Shown: piece after piece, positions 39,944 through 49,144 of the stretch | Layout: every line of letters begins with the position of its first letter | Numbering within the stretch: position 1 is the stretch's first letter | Source: Candidatus Poribacteria bacterium | Lineage (GTDB): Bacteria; Poribacteria; WGA-4E; PCPOR2b | Reading direction: 5' to 3' | Assembly: GCA_965116925.1 (NCBI GenBank) | Contig: OZ220744.1 | Location: 224,001 to 288,000 of the forward strand | Length of the DNA stretch: 64,000 nucleotides | The notes under the pieces: generated by a model | Told to the model about the DNA's origin: nothing | Databases searched by the model: none | What the model saw: the letters and a program-made list of their open reading frames with translations, nothing else | Translations under genes and position numbers: made by a program

Positions 39944-40513
39944 ATGAACACCCAATCCCACGCCATCATTAACATCGCAGTTCTGAGTCGGAAGGCAACA
40001 CCACATCTCCACCGTTACGCCCTCATCGGTGCCGCATTGCCGGACCTGCCGATGTTTATCTTTTTTGCGGTCGAGGCGTTCATCCTCAAGCACCCACAAC
40101 GCCTAATCTGGGGGGAGCGGTATTTCCTCCCGGAGTGGCAAAACCTCTTTGATATCTTCAACTCCATCCCGCTCTTTCTTATCCTCCTTGGGATTGGTTA
40201 CTGGCGTAAATCCAATCCCCTCATCATCTGCTCTTTGAGTCTGCTTTTACACGCTGCAGGCGATTTCTTCCTCCACCAAGATGACGGGCATCGACACTTC
40301 TTCCCTTTCCTCCAATACCGTTTCCATAGCCCCGTCTCCTACTGGGATCCCAGACATCACGGCGGAATTGTATCTGCGATCGAAATATTGGTCACAATTG
40401 GGGCGTCAGTCTACCTCTTTCCCCGTCTACAATCCCGATTCATGAAGGGTGCCTTGGTTTTTATAAACCTCGTTTCAGTGCTCATGTATATCGGGTTTAT
40501 CTTCTTCAATTGA
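39944..40513 (+). CDS. Membrane protein, YdjM-like metal-dependent hydrolase
   Basis: SH..GAALPD..LHAAGD..H; TM helices. Confidence 0.6.
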   Translation: MNTQSHAIINIAVLSRKATPHLHRYALIGAALPDLPMFIFFAVEAFILKHPQRLIWGERYFLPEWQNLFDIFNSIPLFLILLGIGYWRKSNPLIICSLSLLLHAAGDFFLHQDDGHRHFFPFLQYRFHSPVSYWDPRHHGGIVSAIEILVTIGASVYLFPRLQSRFMKGALVFINLVSVLMYIGFIFFN

Positions 40514-40518
40514 GCGGT

Positions 40519-41430
40519 TCAATACTCCACAACCTCCGCTGCTTTCAGCAAAGCCTCCCAATCCGCTCCTTTTTTGTCCTCAAGTTGACTCCGTTTGAAA
40601 GTCAGAATCAGTGTTGTTGCAGGTTTGCCACGGAATCTGTGGGGAAGACCTGGTGGAATCGGAGGTGTCGGCGGAACCGGAATACGAAGATGGAGCTGTC
40701 TCTCCTGCGATGCGATTTTCTCCTTCAGTTCTTTTATTTCTTCTACAACCTCTTTTGCCTCTTTAAGGATTTTCTTCTTCTCTGTGATTGTTTCCCTAGG
40801 TTCTTCTACGGTTGCTCTGGCGTCTTCAAGGTTTTCCCGCGTGTGAGGCATCGCATCTGCGCCAACGTGTTCGACGACGTGCATTTCAACCAAAAAATCT
40901 GTTTCAAGGTCAACCGCGTAATCAGGATAACCAAAAACCACAAACGAGATCCTATCATCAAACGTCAATTGACCAATACGGGATCCATACTCACCGACAA
41001 GATAAGCAAGCTGTTCCTTGAGTTCATCAACTTTCTCTTTACTATATGATTCGTTTTTATCAACCATCCATGCAGCTTCTTCTGGGTGACTTTGATGTCG
41101 AACTTCTCGTTCGTGTTTTTCCCACAAGTTCGTTTTCTTCTCTGTCTTAACGATCTTCATCTCTTTTTCCGCAACAGGAAACCGTACGTCAAGCAGGAAC
41201 ATAGCACCGTAACCTTCGAGATATAGGTGTTGGCAGCCGCCTCTACGGAAAAATCCGCCTTTGACATAATCGTTCTCAAATGTCTCGTCCATTGTTTCAT
41301 CAATAATTCGACACATCACCTTGAGGTCTTCCACCATCTCGGTGTAGTTAATTTCATCTTGTGCAGATATAGTGCTAGCAACCAAGCTGATGCCAAGCAC
41401 AGCTATAGTGAGAGTCACGTAGAATTTCAT
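40519..41430 (-). CDS. Hypothetical secreted protein in the ECF operon
   Basis: Signal peptide; YLEGYGAMF motif; coiled coil and Pro-rich segment. Confidence 0.7.
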   Translation of the reverse strand: MKFYVTLTIAVLGISLVASTISAQDEINYTEMVEDLKVMCRIIDETMDETFENDYVKGGFFRRGGCQHLYLEGYGAMFLLDVRFPVAEKEMKIVKTEKKTNLWEKHEREVRHQSHPEEAAWMVDKNESYSKEKVDELKEQLAYLVGEYGSRIGQLTFDDRISFVVFGYPDYAVDLETDFLVEMHVVEHVGADAMPHTRENLEDARATVEEPRETITEKKKILKEAKEVVEEIKELKEKIASQERQLHLRIPVPPTPPIPPGLPHRFRGKPATTLILTFKRSQLEDKKGADWEALLKAAEVVEY

Positions 41431-41508
41431 GATTGTATCCTCCTTTAATATGTGAATCTTCTGAGCCTTCGCGTTTCATGTTTTATACAATTTATAGTTT
41501 GTATAATG

Positions 41509-42216
41509 TTATTTCATATCCTCTTGTATTCCAGACACATGAGAAGCAAGGATGAACTCAAAGGCGCGTTGGGTCTCAAGAAATTCAGCTTCCGTCGCAC
41601 CGGCAAGGTGCTGAAGCTCTTGACGGATGAGCTCCAAGTCCTGTATCCGTTGTGATTGCAACCCCTGATAGATCAACGCCAGTTGTGCATCTGCCTGTTT
41701 CTGCCGTTCATCCAGATGGACTTGGAGTTGTTCGCTGAATTCATCCAACGCCCCTTGAAGTTGTTTTACTATTTCCACTTGGGTGGCGTGACGTTCTGTC
41801 TGAAGCAATCGTACCAATTCCTGCTCTGTAATCTCCGGGAGCACCTCTTGCCCAATCCTAAGCGTCAAGCCGCGGTCTTCCCACTTAAAATCAACACCAA
41901 TCCACGCCAGCGCAGAAAGACTGATGACCAAAATCAAACAAGCCGCTGCTCCCCAAGAGAGCCATCTCCATGCAGGCAATTGGGACCACCACGGCAAAGG
42001 TTTAGACTGTATTGCCCCATGCAACGCTTCTATGTCAATTGGACGATCTACCTCCGCCCACTGATCGAGGGTTCCTTGCGTCTCCTTTAGATTCGCTTGG
42101 AATTGTTCACACTCACGGCAAGTCTGTAAGTGTGCTTCCAACGTTTTTTTTCCTTCTGCGTCCAATTCCTCGTAGCTTCCAACCACAATCTGCTCTCTAA
42201 AAAACCTACAATCCAA
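41509..42216 (-). CDS. zf-HC2 anti-sigma factor with C-terminal coiled coil
   Basis: HLQTCREC and a TM helix; TTG start approximate. Confidence 0.8.
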   Translation of the reverse strand: MDCRFFREQIVVGSYEELDAEGKKTLEAHLQTCRECEQFQANLKETQGTLDQWAEVDRPIDIEALHGAIQSKPLPWWSQLPAWRWLSWGAAACLILVISLSALAWIGVDFKWEDRGLTLRIGQEVLPEITEQELVRLLQTERHATQVEIVKQLQGALDEFSEQLQVHLDERQKQADAQLALIYQGLQSQRIQDLELIRQELQHLAGATEAEFLETQRAFEFILASHVSGIQEDMK

Positions 42217-42263
42217 TGCCAACACCCCCTTTGTACGTAAATCAGCGATGAACGCTGAGAAAT

Positions 42264-42833
42264 TTATTCTTGCTTTGACAACATTCGACCAAGCCGTTCC
42301 ATTCCAGCTACCATCCGCGACTTGACCGTACTGATAGGACACTCCAAGATTTCAGCAATCTCTCGAAATTTCATGCCGTTGTAATGCCGCAGGGTAACCA
42401 CGACTCGCTGATCTTCCGGCAAACGCACCAACACCGAGCGTACCCTGTCTTCAATCTCTTTCTTCAGCACAGCTGCGTCCGGCAGATCCGACGGATCGAT
42501 AAATCTTTCGCCGAAACCTTCAGATTCTGACTCTAGATAGGCTGCAATCGGGGTCTCTTTTCGACGTTGTTGCTTGGCAAGCGTATCCAGACAGAGATTC
42601 GTTGCAATACGATACATCCATGTGGAGAATTTCGCCCTTGCACGAAACGTCTTGGCAGAACGATAGATGCGAAGAAACACCTCCTGCCGAAGATCTTCCG
42701 CTAACACGATGTCGTTAACCATTCGATAGCAATAATTCAGCAGCTGCTTCTCCCACCGTTTGACCAATGTATCAAACGAACGCAAATCACCCGTCTGAAG
42801 TTGGTGCATCAAAGCCTCATCTGATTTTTCCAC
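42264..42833 (-). CDS. ECF sigma factor
   Basis: AEDLRQEVFLRI, WMYRIATN, FREIAEIL..TVKSRM. Confidence 0.95.
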   Translation of the reverse strand: MEKSDEALMHQLQTGDLRSFDTLVKRWEKQLLNYCYRMVNDIVLAEDLRQEVFLRIYRSAKTFRARAKFSTWMYRIATNLCLDTLAKQQRRKETPIAAYLESESEGFGERFIDPSDLPDAAVLKKEIEDRVRSVLVRLPEDQRVVVTLRHYNGMKFREIAEILECPISTVKSRMVAGMERLGRMLSKQE

Positions 42834-43129
42834 GCTTACCTCCAGACTGGATGGTAATTTGGATGAGAAGGTTGGCTGATTTCGATCCGTTTAACCATAT
42901 AGACAGCTAAGACATGGAAAAAGACGAGATTTTTTAAAAAAAATTAGAGGGGCAGTAACTTTGGTGCTTATACGTGCCTTGTGGCATCTAAAAATAAAAA
43001 AGCCACCTCCCGATTCCAGCCTCCCTGTGTTCGGGGGGAGGATAAGAATCAAAGAGGTGGCTGATTTGGTGAGATTGGCATCTCACGGGGACGAAATGCG
43101 AATAGGGAGGAGAATTAGTGGAGATGTTG

Positions 43130-43176
43130 TTTATAGAAAAAGACCAAAACAAGACCGGCGCGACAACGCGCCGGTC
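43130..43176 (-). terminator. Intrinsic terminator of the orphan operon
   Basis: GACCGGCGCG-N4-CGCGCCGGTC 10-bp stem followed by a U-rich tract on the minus strand. Confidence 0.7.
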
Positions 43177-43210
43177 ACTGTGAAGATGTTTGTATTCTAA
43201 AAATCTTGAG

Positions 43211-43777
43211 CTACAAATCCAATTCTGCCCGAAGTTTAGTCATGACCATTTCTGCGGTTTCGGCCCCCCACATTTTGGTGAAATGATCCTTTGCAACAGA
43301 TAATGATTTTTCTACAACCGGACGGGGGACCTCCGTGAGCAGGTTGCGAAGCTGCCCAAAAAGCGCGGCCTGGGCTGCTCGGGCCCGTTTCTGAAATGCT
43401 TCTTGTGCTTCGTTGGTGGGGTATACTTCCAAGAAATCCTCTGGTGACATGGTACTCACTTCAATAAGGTCCGGATAGGTTTCCTGAAACCACATATTCA
43501 GTTGATTAAATTGTTCAATCACCCAAGGGGCAACGTTTTCATCTGGAGCGAAGAGGGCAGCCTTATGTATCTCATGAACAGGAACGGGCTCGAAATACAT
43601 GTTCTGTGGCGGGTGGGTAGGCGGCACATCAACAGATGCCACCCGCTTGGGAGACCGCTTTGGCACTTTGTAGACTTTAACTGGTTCAGGTGGAGGCGTG
43701 TATCTCAGGTAGAAATAGAAGGCAACGCCCCCAATAAGTATCAAGAGACCCCCAAGTTGTATGGTTTGCTTTACCAT
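43211..43777 (-). CDS. Hypothetical N-terminally anchored protein
   Basis: Start MVKQ after GAGAGG; TM helix then PPPEPVKVYK. Confidence 0.7.
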   Translation of the reverse strand: MVKQTIQLGGLLILIGGVAFYFYLRYTPPPEPVKVYKVPKRSPKRVASVDVPPTHPPQNMYFEPVPVHEIHKAALFAPDENVAPWVIEQFNQLNMWFQETYPDLIEVSTMSPEDFLEVYPTNEAQEAFQKRARAAQAALFGQLRNLLTEVPRPVVEKSLSVAKDHFTKMWGAETAEMVMTKLRAELDL

Positions 43778-43933
43778 AATAAATAACCTCTCATCGGTTG
43801 GGGATGAGTCGAAGCACTTTGATGATGAAATTGAAGCAATGTAAAAAGAAAACACCAAAGGTGAGATGGATCTGACAACCAGGACCAGGTACAGGTTCAA
43901 AAATGTTTAAGAAAAATGGGGGAAGCCGGTTCA

Positions 43934-45109
43934 CTATTCGTTCGGTGAGGTGGTGCCTCGACGTGATGCCTCTTGCAGTGCCTCTTGGGCCTGACCGCTC
44001 TCTGGACCAAAACGTTGGACAGAATCCGTCTTGCCCAACGTGGGAATGGGCAAGGACTTTGAAACAACCGCTGCTTGGCTAAGTGTTTCTGCCCCCTCAG
44101 TAGTGGGATACGTACTAGCATCACTAACGCTAGCAGAATCTTCTGCGATAGAATGTTTCGTATCCCAAGTATGATGTGAGGTTTTTTGGGGCTTGGGGGG
44201 TGGTAGGGATTCAGCTTGGCGGACAGCCTGTTCAGCCCAAAGTGTCTCTTGTGCATTTGCAATATCGCTTTCAAAGAATACTCTAAGTGTCAGCGAGTCC
44301 TCCGGCAAAATCGCTAGTGCTTCAAAAAAGGTTTTGTAGCGGACATCCGCACGGTCTTGTGGGGTCAGCCACTTTTCTGTAAGATCGATAGGTTCCATTT
44401 CTCGTTTCTTTAGTGTTTCCAAATAGTGGTTCTCGACAAGCCTCGATTCGGATGGGGCATTTTCCTTCATCCACGCCCGAAGATCTTGAATGGGTTGAGT
44501 TAAATACTTCATCTGCGGGATTTCCTCATTCCATTTAATTTTCAACTGTGTATCCTCTATTGCTTTCTGGAGCGCTTCAGTTTCTCCAAAGAGTTCTCTT
44601 TCCAATTCAAAAAAACGAAGCCCACTTTCCAAATCCAAGTATCCATCTGCCATCAAACTATGTCCTCTAAGATGTAAGTATTCGGCCCAACTAGGGTCGC
44701 CGTCCCCAAGTGCCGCTGCTACTGCGTGAATCTTTTCCTGTGCCAATTCAAAGTTGGTTTCCTTAAGGGTGATGGCTTCGGCAAACGCTTTTTGAATAGT
44801 TTCATGACTGAGCTGGACTGAATGGCTTTTTTGCACTGATTTATTTTCTGCAGCAGTAGTCTGGATAGTCTCACGACTAAGCTGGGCTGAATGGCTTTTT
44901 TGCACCGCTTTATTTGTTGCAGTGGTCGGAGACGAAACTTTACCGGGTATTTGTTCACTGTGTGGGTGAGAATGGATGTCACTATGTTGATGATCCGGTA
45001 CATGGAGGTGCCCTACCATTACTTTTTCTGTCTCCCGCGTTTGTGAAACAAGGAATATTACAAGCAGGGAGAAGGACAGAAAAAATGCAAGCCATGGAAT
45101 CTTCTTCAT
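43934..45109 (-). CDS. Hypothetical N-terminally anchored protein, His-rich, with a 23-aa-period duplication
   Basis: TM helix; HLHVPDHQHSDIHSHPH; GGAGG RBS. Confidence 0.75.
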   Translation of the reverse strand: MKKIPWLAFFLSFSLLVIFLVSQTRETEKVMVGHLHVPDHQHSDIHSHPHSEQIPGKVSSPTTATNKAVQKSHSAQLSRETIQTTAAENKSVQKSHSVQLSHETIQKAFAEAITLKETNFELAQEKIHAVAAALGDGDPSWAEYLHLRGHSLMADGYLDLESGLRFFELERELFGETEALQKAIEDTQLKIKWNEEIPQMKYLTQPIQDLRAWMKENAPSESRLVENHYLETLKKREMEPIDLTEKWLTPQDRADVRYKTFFEALAILPEDSLTLRVFFESDIANAQETLWAEQAVRQAESLPPPKPQKTSHHTWDTKHSIAEDSASVSDASTYPTTEGAETLSQAAVVSKSLPIPTLGKTDSVQRFGPESGQAQEALQEASRRGTTSPNE

Positions 45110-45128
45110 TGTGCAATTTCCTCCGCGG

Positions 45129-45428
45129 TTAGTTTAATAATAGCAGAGCACTCATCAACGTAATGTAATGCCACCAGAAGTCGTCTGATTTGTTTTCTGG
45201 TGCCTTTTTGTTTTCTAGTACATTCGCCTTTTCTCGCTCTTCGTATATATAGGTGATTGTGGTTTCTGTGTGCTGCCTTCCGTCAACGTCAACCCATTCT
45301 TTTGTTTCTGCTATTTCGCCAACTTTCACCTTCTCCATTTTCACGGTTCCCGAGCACCCCTGTAGAAACCATGAAACCGAAAGCAGAATCACAGCGCACC
45401 ACAAAGAATACTTCAAAGAGTATTTCAT
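45129..45428 (-). CDS. Small putative lipoprotein (paralog 2)
   Basis: LQGC lipobox; GGAGGA RBS; shared 35-aa module. Confidence 0.8.
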   Translation of the reverse strand: MKYSLKYSLWCAVILLSVSWFLQGCSGTVKMEKVKVGEIAETKEWVDVDGRQHTETTITYIYEEREKANVLENKKAPENKSDDFWWHYITLMSALLLLN

Positions 45429-45467
45429 TTTCCTCCTCCATTGTTGTTGATGAAGAATTCAGCAACA

Positions 45468-45773
45468 CTACCCTCCCCCGAGGAGTCCAGCAACAGCTAC
45501 TCCAGCGGCAATTAGTGCTGCTATTTTCGCGGGGTCGCTATACCAGTGTGAGTGATGTCTTTCTCGCTCTTCGTAAATATACGTCGTTACAACCCTTGTG
45601 TGCTTTTTTCCATCAGAGTCAGTCCATTCAGTCGTTTCCGTTATCTGGCCAACTTTCACTTTCTCTGTTTGGTAGTCAGCAATGGTATCAGGAGTGAATG
45701 GGAAGACGTTTATTAGAAATAAGCATAAAACAAAAATTCGCAAACAATGGTGTTTCCAAAAATTGCGTTTCAT
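45468..45773 (-). CDS. Small secreted protein (paralog 1)
   Basis: Signal peptide; AAGGAGG RBS; Ala/Gly-rich hydrophobic C-terminus. Confidence 0.8.
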   Translation of the reverse strand: MKRNFWKHHCLRIFVLCLFLINVFPFTPDTIADYQTEKVKVGQITETTEWTDSDGKKHTRVVTTYIYEERERHHSHWYSDPAKIAALIAAGVAVAGLLGGG

Positions 45774-45990
45774 TGTATATCCTCCTTGTAAAAATTGTCA
45801 AGAAAATTAGAAGGTTGCTTCAGGGTAAGCGGGGGTGGAAGTGTCCTGAAGTTTCCTATTAATTTGTGCCTGTCACGGTAAGAATAACACGGAATAATCC
45901 CAGTAGAATCGACCCATGCACTGCGCCAATATAAATTTGCTTGAGACGTTCTACCCCGGACTCCTTCCGGGACTTTCATAACCTCTGTAG

Positions 45991-46006
45991 GCAATTACCA
46001 TGCCAA
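45991..46006 (-). promoter_or_regulatory. sigma54 (-24/-12) promoter of the orphan operon
   Basis: Minus strand TTGGCATGGTAATTGC. Confidence 0.75.
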
Positions 46007-46091
46007 AAAAGGCAAGAACGCCCCAAAGTCAGTCACCATAAGGCTTTCAGCGAAATACGGCAAAAAATTGTCGAAGGAATTAACCCTATTG

Positions 46092-46141
46092 TTAGCAACT
46101 GTTGCTAAGCAACTAGTGCTAATATTGGCAACTATTGCTAA
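46092..46141. promoter_or_regulatory. Three 17-bp palindromic operator/enhancer sites
   Basis: TTAGCAACTGTTGCTAA, TAAGCAACTAGTGCTAA, TTGGCAACTATTGCTAA. Confidence 0.65.
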
Positions 46142-46371
46142 CATTTTTGCACGTTCGATTCTGTTACGAAACGGTTGCCCCAGATAACGATAGTGTGTTG
46201 ACGTTTCCGTGTTGATGGAGAATTAAAGGAATGCAAAAGCGGCAGCGGGAGTAAGGTAGTGTGGAATCTCTAAAGAGATGTGCGAAAGACGAGATTATTT
46301 CAGGGGGAAAATTCAAGGACCTGACGTTTTACGTTTCACGTTTCACGTCCAATATGGTATTATACTCAAAC

Positions 46372-46744
46372 GCTTGAGTTGGGTAGGCGATCGCGTTCCG
46401 AGAGATCGGGATGAGGAAAGTCCGGACTCCGCAGGGCGGGATGCTGGATAACCCCCAGGAGCGGTGACGCTATGGAAAGTGCAACAGAAAGCAGACTACA
46501 ACGCTTCGGCGTTGTACAGGTGAAACGGTGCGGTAAAAGCGCACCAGTTCCGATGGTGACATCGGAAGCTTGGTAAACCCCGTTTGGAGCAAGGTCGAAT
46601 AGGAGGATGTATTGGGTGCGCCCGCCTAGTCCTCGGGTATGACTGCTTGAGGTTGATGGTAACATCAATCCCAGATGAATGATCACCACCCCGATGCGCG
46701 AGAGCAATTCGGGGAACAGAAACCGGCTTATTCCCAACTCAAGC
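46372..46744 (+). ncRNA. rnpB: RNase P RNA, bacterial type A
   Basis: GAGGAAAGTCCGG, GAAAGTGCAACAGAAA, GGTAAACCCC, ACAGAAACCGGCTTA; terminal helix GCTTGAGTTGGG/CCCAACTCAAGC. Confidence 0.97.
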
Positions 46745-46769
46745 CCCTTTATCAGGAGGAGGATCCCCA

Positions 46770-47615
46770 ATGGAACTGACAGAAGAGGAACGGTTTAACC
46801 TAGAACGCAGGACGTATGACTGCCCTCCAACACTGACAGACAATCAGGTGCTGGAGTTCTGCCAACAGGGTTTTCTCGTTTTGAAAGGCGTTGTGCCAGA
46901 CGAGATTAACCGCAGAGCGTTTGCGTATCTAGAAGAGAACACCTATTTTGAACCCGCCGAAATCCTCAAAGAAGACTGGTTCGTCGATAATGTGATACTC
47001 AATCCACAGGCAGCCAGCGCAGTCCGATCGTTACTCGGTAAAAACTTCGGCTTGCCGGTTATGATGAGTCAACATCGGGTTAAGTGCCCGATGTTAGGTC
47101 AGGGGTGGCATCGGGACGCCGGCTCCAAGTGGGGACCTGAACTAAATTATCTGCAAGTGTTCTACTATCCGCAGGATACGCCGGAATCGTTCGGACCCAC
47201 CGAAGTATTGCCCGGTTCACATCTTTTTAACGCATCTGCGCGTTACATGAGTCACTACGGAAACATTCGGGGAGCGGTGAAAACGACCGCGCCAGCAGGT
47301 TCAATCTTCATCACCGTTTACTCAATCTGGCACCGCCGTTCTGCTTCGACAGCGGAAGGAATGCGTCACATGTTGAAGTATAACTACTGGCGAACCGTGC
47401 CACCAGAACGAGACTGGATAATTGAACCCGACTTCGACTTTGAGGCTGCGGACTACGGTCCTAACCGTTTCCAAAGTGCTCACATGTTCTACTGGCTCTG
47501 CGGGAAGAAGGAGGAATTTCGCTGGATTGGAGGGCAAGGGTGGCCACTACGTTACGGTAGGGGACCCAACTACAAGCCTTACGGCGCACCGTCTGCGCCG
47601 CCGGGAGACTGGTAA
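46770..47615 (+). CDS. PhyH family dioxygenase
   Basis: QGFLVLKGVV, WHRD, GPTEVLPGSH, IWHR. Confidence 0.88.
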   Translation: MELTEEERFNLERRTYDCPPTLTDNQVLEFCQQGFLVLKGVVPDEINRRAFAYLEENTYFEPAEILKEDWFVDNVILNPQAASAVRSLLGKNFGLPVMMSQHRVKCPMLGQGWHRDAGSKWGPELNYLQVFYYPQDTPESFGPTEVLPGSHLFNASARYMSHYGNIRGAVKTTAPAGSIFITVYSIWHRRSASTAEGMRHMLKYNYWRTVPPERDWIIEPDFDFEAADYGPNRFQSAHMFYWLCGKKEEFRWIGGQGWPLRYGRGPNYKPYGAPSAPPGDW

Positions 47616-47765
47616 AAATGCAAATAGTAGTAGGCATACTCCGTATGCCGTAACCCTTGTGCAAATTATATCACTTCAGTAGGTCGATTTTCCAAAATTG
47701 ACGGTTTTGTGTCTATCGCTCCATTGGGACTGAATGAACCGATGAACTCGCTCACGCATTACGTT

Positions 47766-48950
47766 TCACGGGTTAGGTTTCCATTTGATAAGGACACCGC
47801 CGTTGGGGTAATGACCGTATGCGGTCAGCACTGAACCATCGCCCAGCGAAGTCGAATACAAGTGTCCAGAGACGCATTCATACCACTGGGCAGGGTTGTT
47901 GTAGGACCAATCGTCAAGGATGTACATCCTGTCTAAATTCCACGTCTGACCGTGATCGTGGCTGACGAGGGCATCGCAGCCCCGTCGATAACTGGCAAAT
48001 TTACCCCCGCGGATATCTAACCGTCGGATAACGGTCATCACAAGATCATCGTTCGGGAGGCGGAGGAGGTTAGCGTGCATCCGGCCCGCTTCCAGCAGAT
48101 GCTCAACCGGCGACCACGTTGCCCCATCATCTTTGGAAATTGAGATACCTGTCCCCTCAAAGTTGTCGTAATGATACTTAATGTACTTGCCGAGCATATC
48201 GGTACGTATCGCAGCGATAATCCACCCGTTCGCAGCACGAACCATGGCACCTTCCCCACAGCCACGTTCATACGTCACTCCCGCGCAGGTGTCTTGCCAT
48301 TTCCACGCCTCGGGCCAACTATGGTTTTCCCACGTCCGTCCACCATCATTTGACCATCGGACACAGCCACAAATCGCTTTGTCGAAACTGAAGTTGTCCG
48401 GAAACGTCTGACCCGTCCACCCAATCCGTGTGGCGCGCCCTTGCGCGTCGCGGTCTACAAGCGGATTGCCTTCGGAGCAAAAGTCTTTCCCATCCGGTGC
48501 TTTTGCCAGTGGAATCCGTTCCGACCATGTCCGGCCGTAGTCATGGCTGAAACAGAGCGACGAACCTGACTCCGCCATCAGTCCACCGTCATTGTAACTG
48601 AGGGTGCCGCCGCCCAGATCGGTCAACATGACAGGACGACCATAGCCAATCGCCTGATAATCACTCCAGGTGGCTCCGCCATCCGAACTGATGGCGGCGA
48701 CGGTTTCTTCACCGTTTTGAAAAGTGATGCGATCGGTCTTTGCTGCGCCTAGCAGTAGGATCTCGCCGTTATCCATCTTTGCCAAACCAAAAGGGACAAC
48801 CTTGGCGTTGCCGAAGCGTGGCAAAAACTGATATTCCGCCGGAATTGACAGGTATCCACCCCTGCCATCTCCTACGAGCACCCGGTGATCTTTCCAAGAA
48901 AATGTCTCAAGACTATCAGCGGTTTTGTCAACCATAAGAAACGCTCCCAT
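47766..48950 (-). CDS. BNR/Asp-box (sialidase-like) protein
   Basis: Five SxDxGxTW boxes; start uncertain. Confidence 0.8.
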   Translation of the reverse strand: MGAFLMVDKTADSLETFSWKDHRVLVGDGRGGYLSIPAEYQFLPRFGNAKVVPFGLAKMDNGEILLLGAAKTDRITFQNGEETVAAISSDGGATWSDYQAIGYGRPVMLTDLGGGTLSYNDGGLMAESGSSLCFSHDYGRTWSERIPLAKAPDGKDFCSEGNPLVDRDAQGRATRIGWTGQTFPDNFSFDKAICGCVRWSNDGGRTWENHSWPEAWKWQDTCAGVTYERGCGEGAMVRAANGWIIAAIRTDMLGKYIKYHYDNFEGTGISISKDDGATWSPVEHLLEAGRMHANLLRLPNDDLVMTVIRRLDIRGGKFASYRRGCDALVSHDHGQTWNLDRMYILDDWSYNNPAQWYECVSGHLYSTSLGDGSVLTAYGHYPNGGVLIKWKPNP

Positions 48951-49144
48951 TGCCGGTGCCGGCAGTTGTTTTTAGGTATCTTAAAAAAGCGAGCTGTAGC
49001 ACAGAATTATAAATCTGCGATCAACACAACCATTTTGCGATTGATTTGTCCCCTGCCGTGTGTTATGATGTGTCTCTCTGAGAATTCAATGTTTCTATCA
49101 ATTACGTTGCGATTAGAATGTTACCGTTGGGTGAGGAAATCACA

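Noticed and set aside
42980..42998. sigma54-like TGGCATCTAAA
   Set aside because: Lacks the -12 TTGC and does not point into a gene
46092..46141. Possible CIRCE elements
   Set aside because: They share TTAGCA/TGCTAA ends but span 17 bp, not 9-9-9, and no chaperone gene follows
46366..46770. 134-aa minus-strand ORF
   Set aside because: Antisense to rnpB
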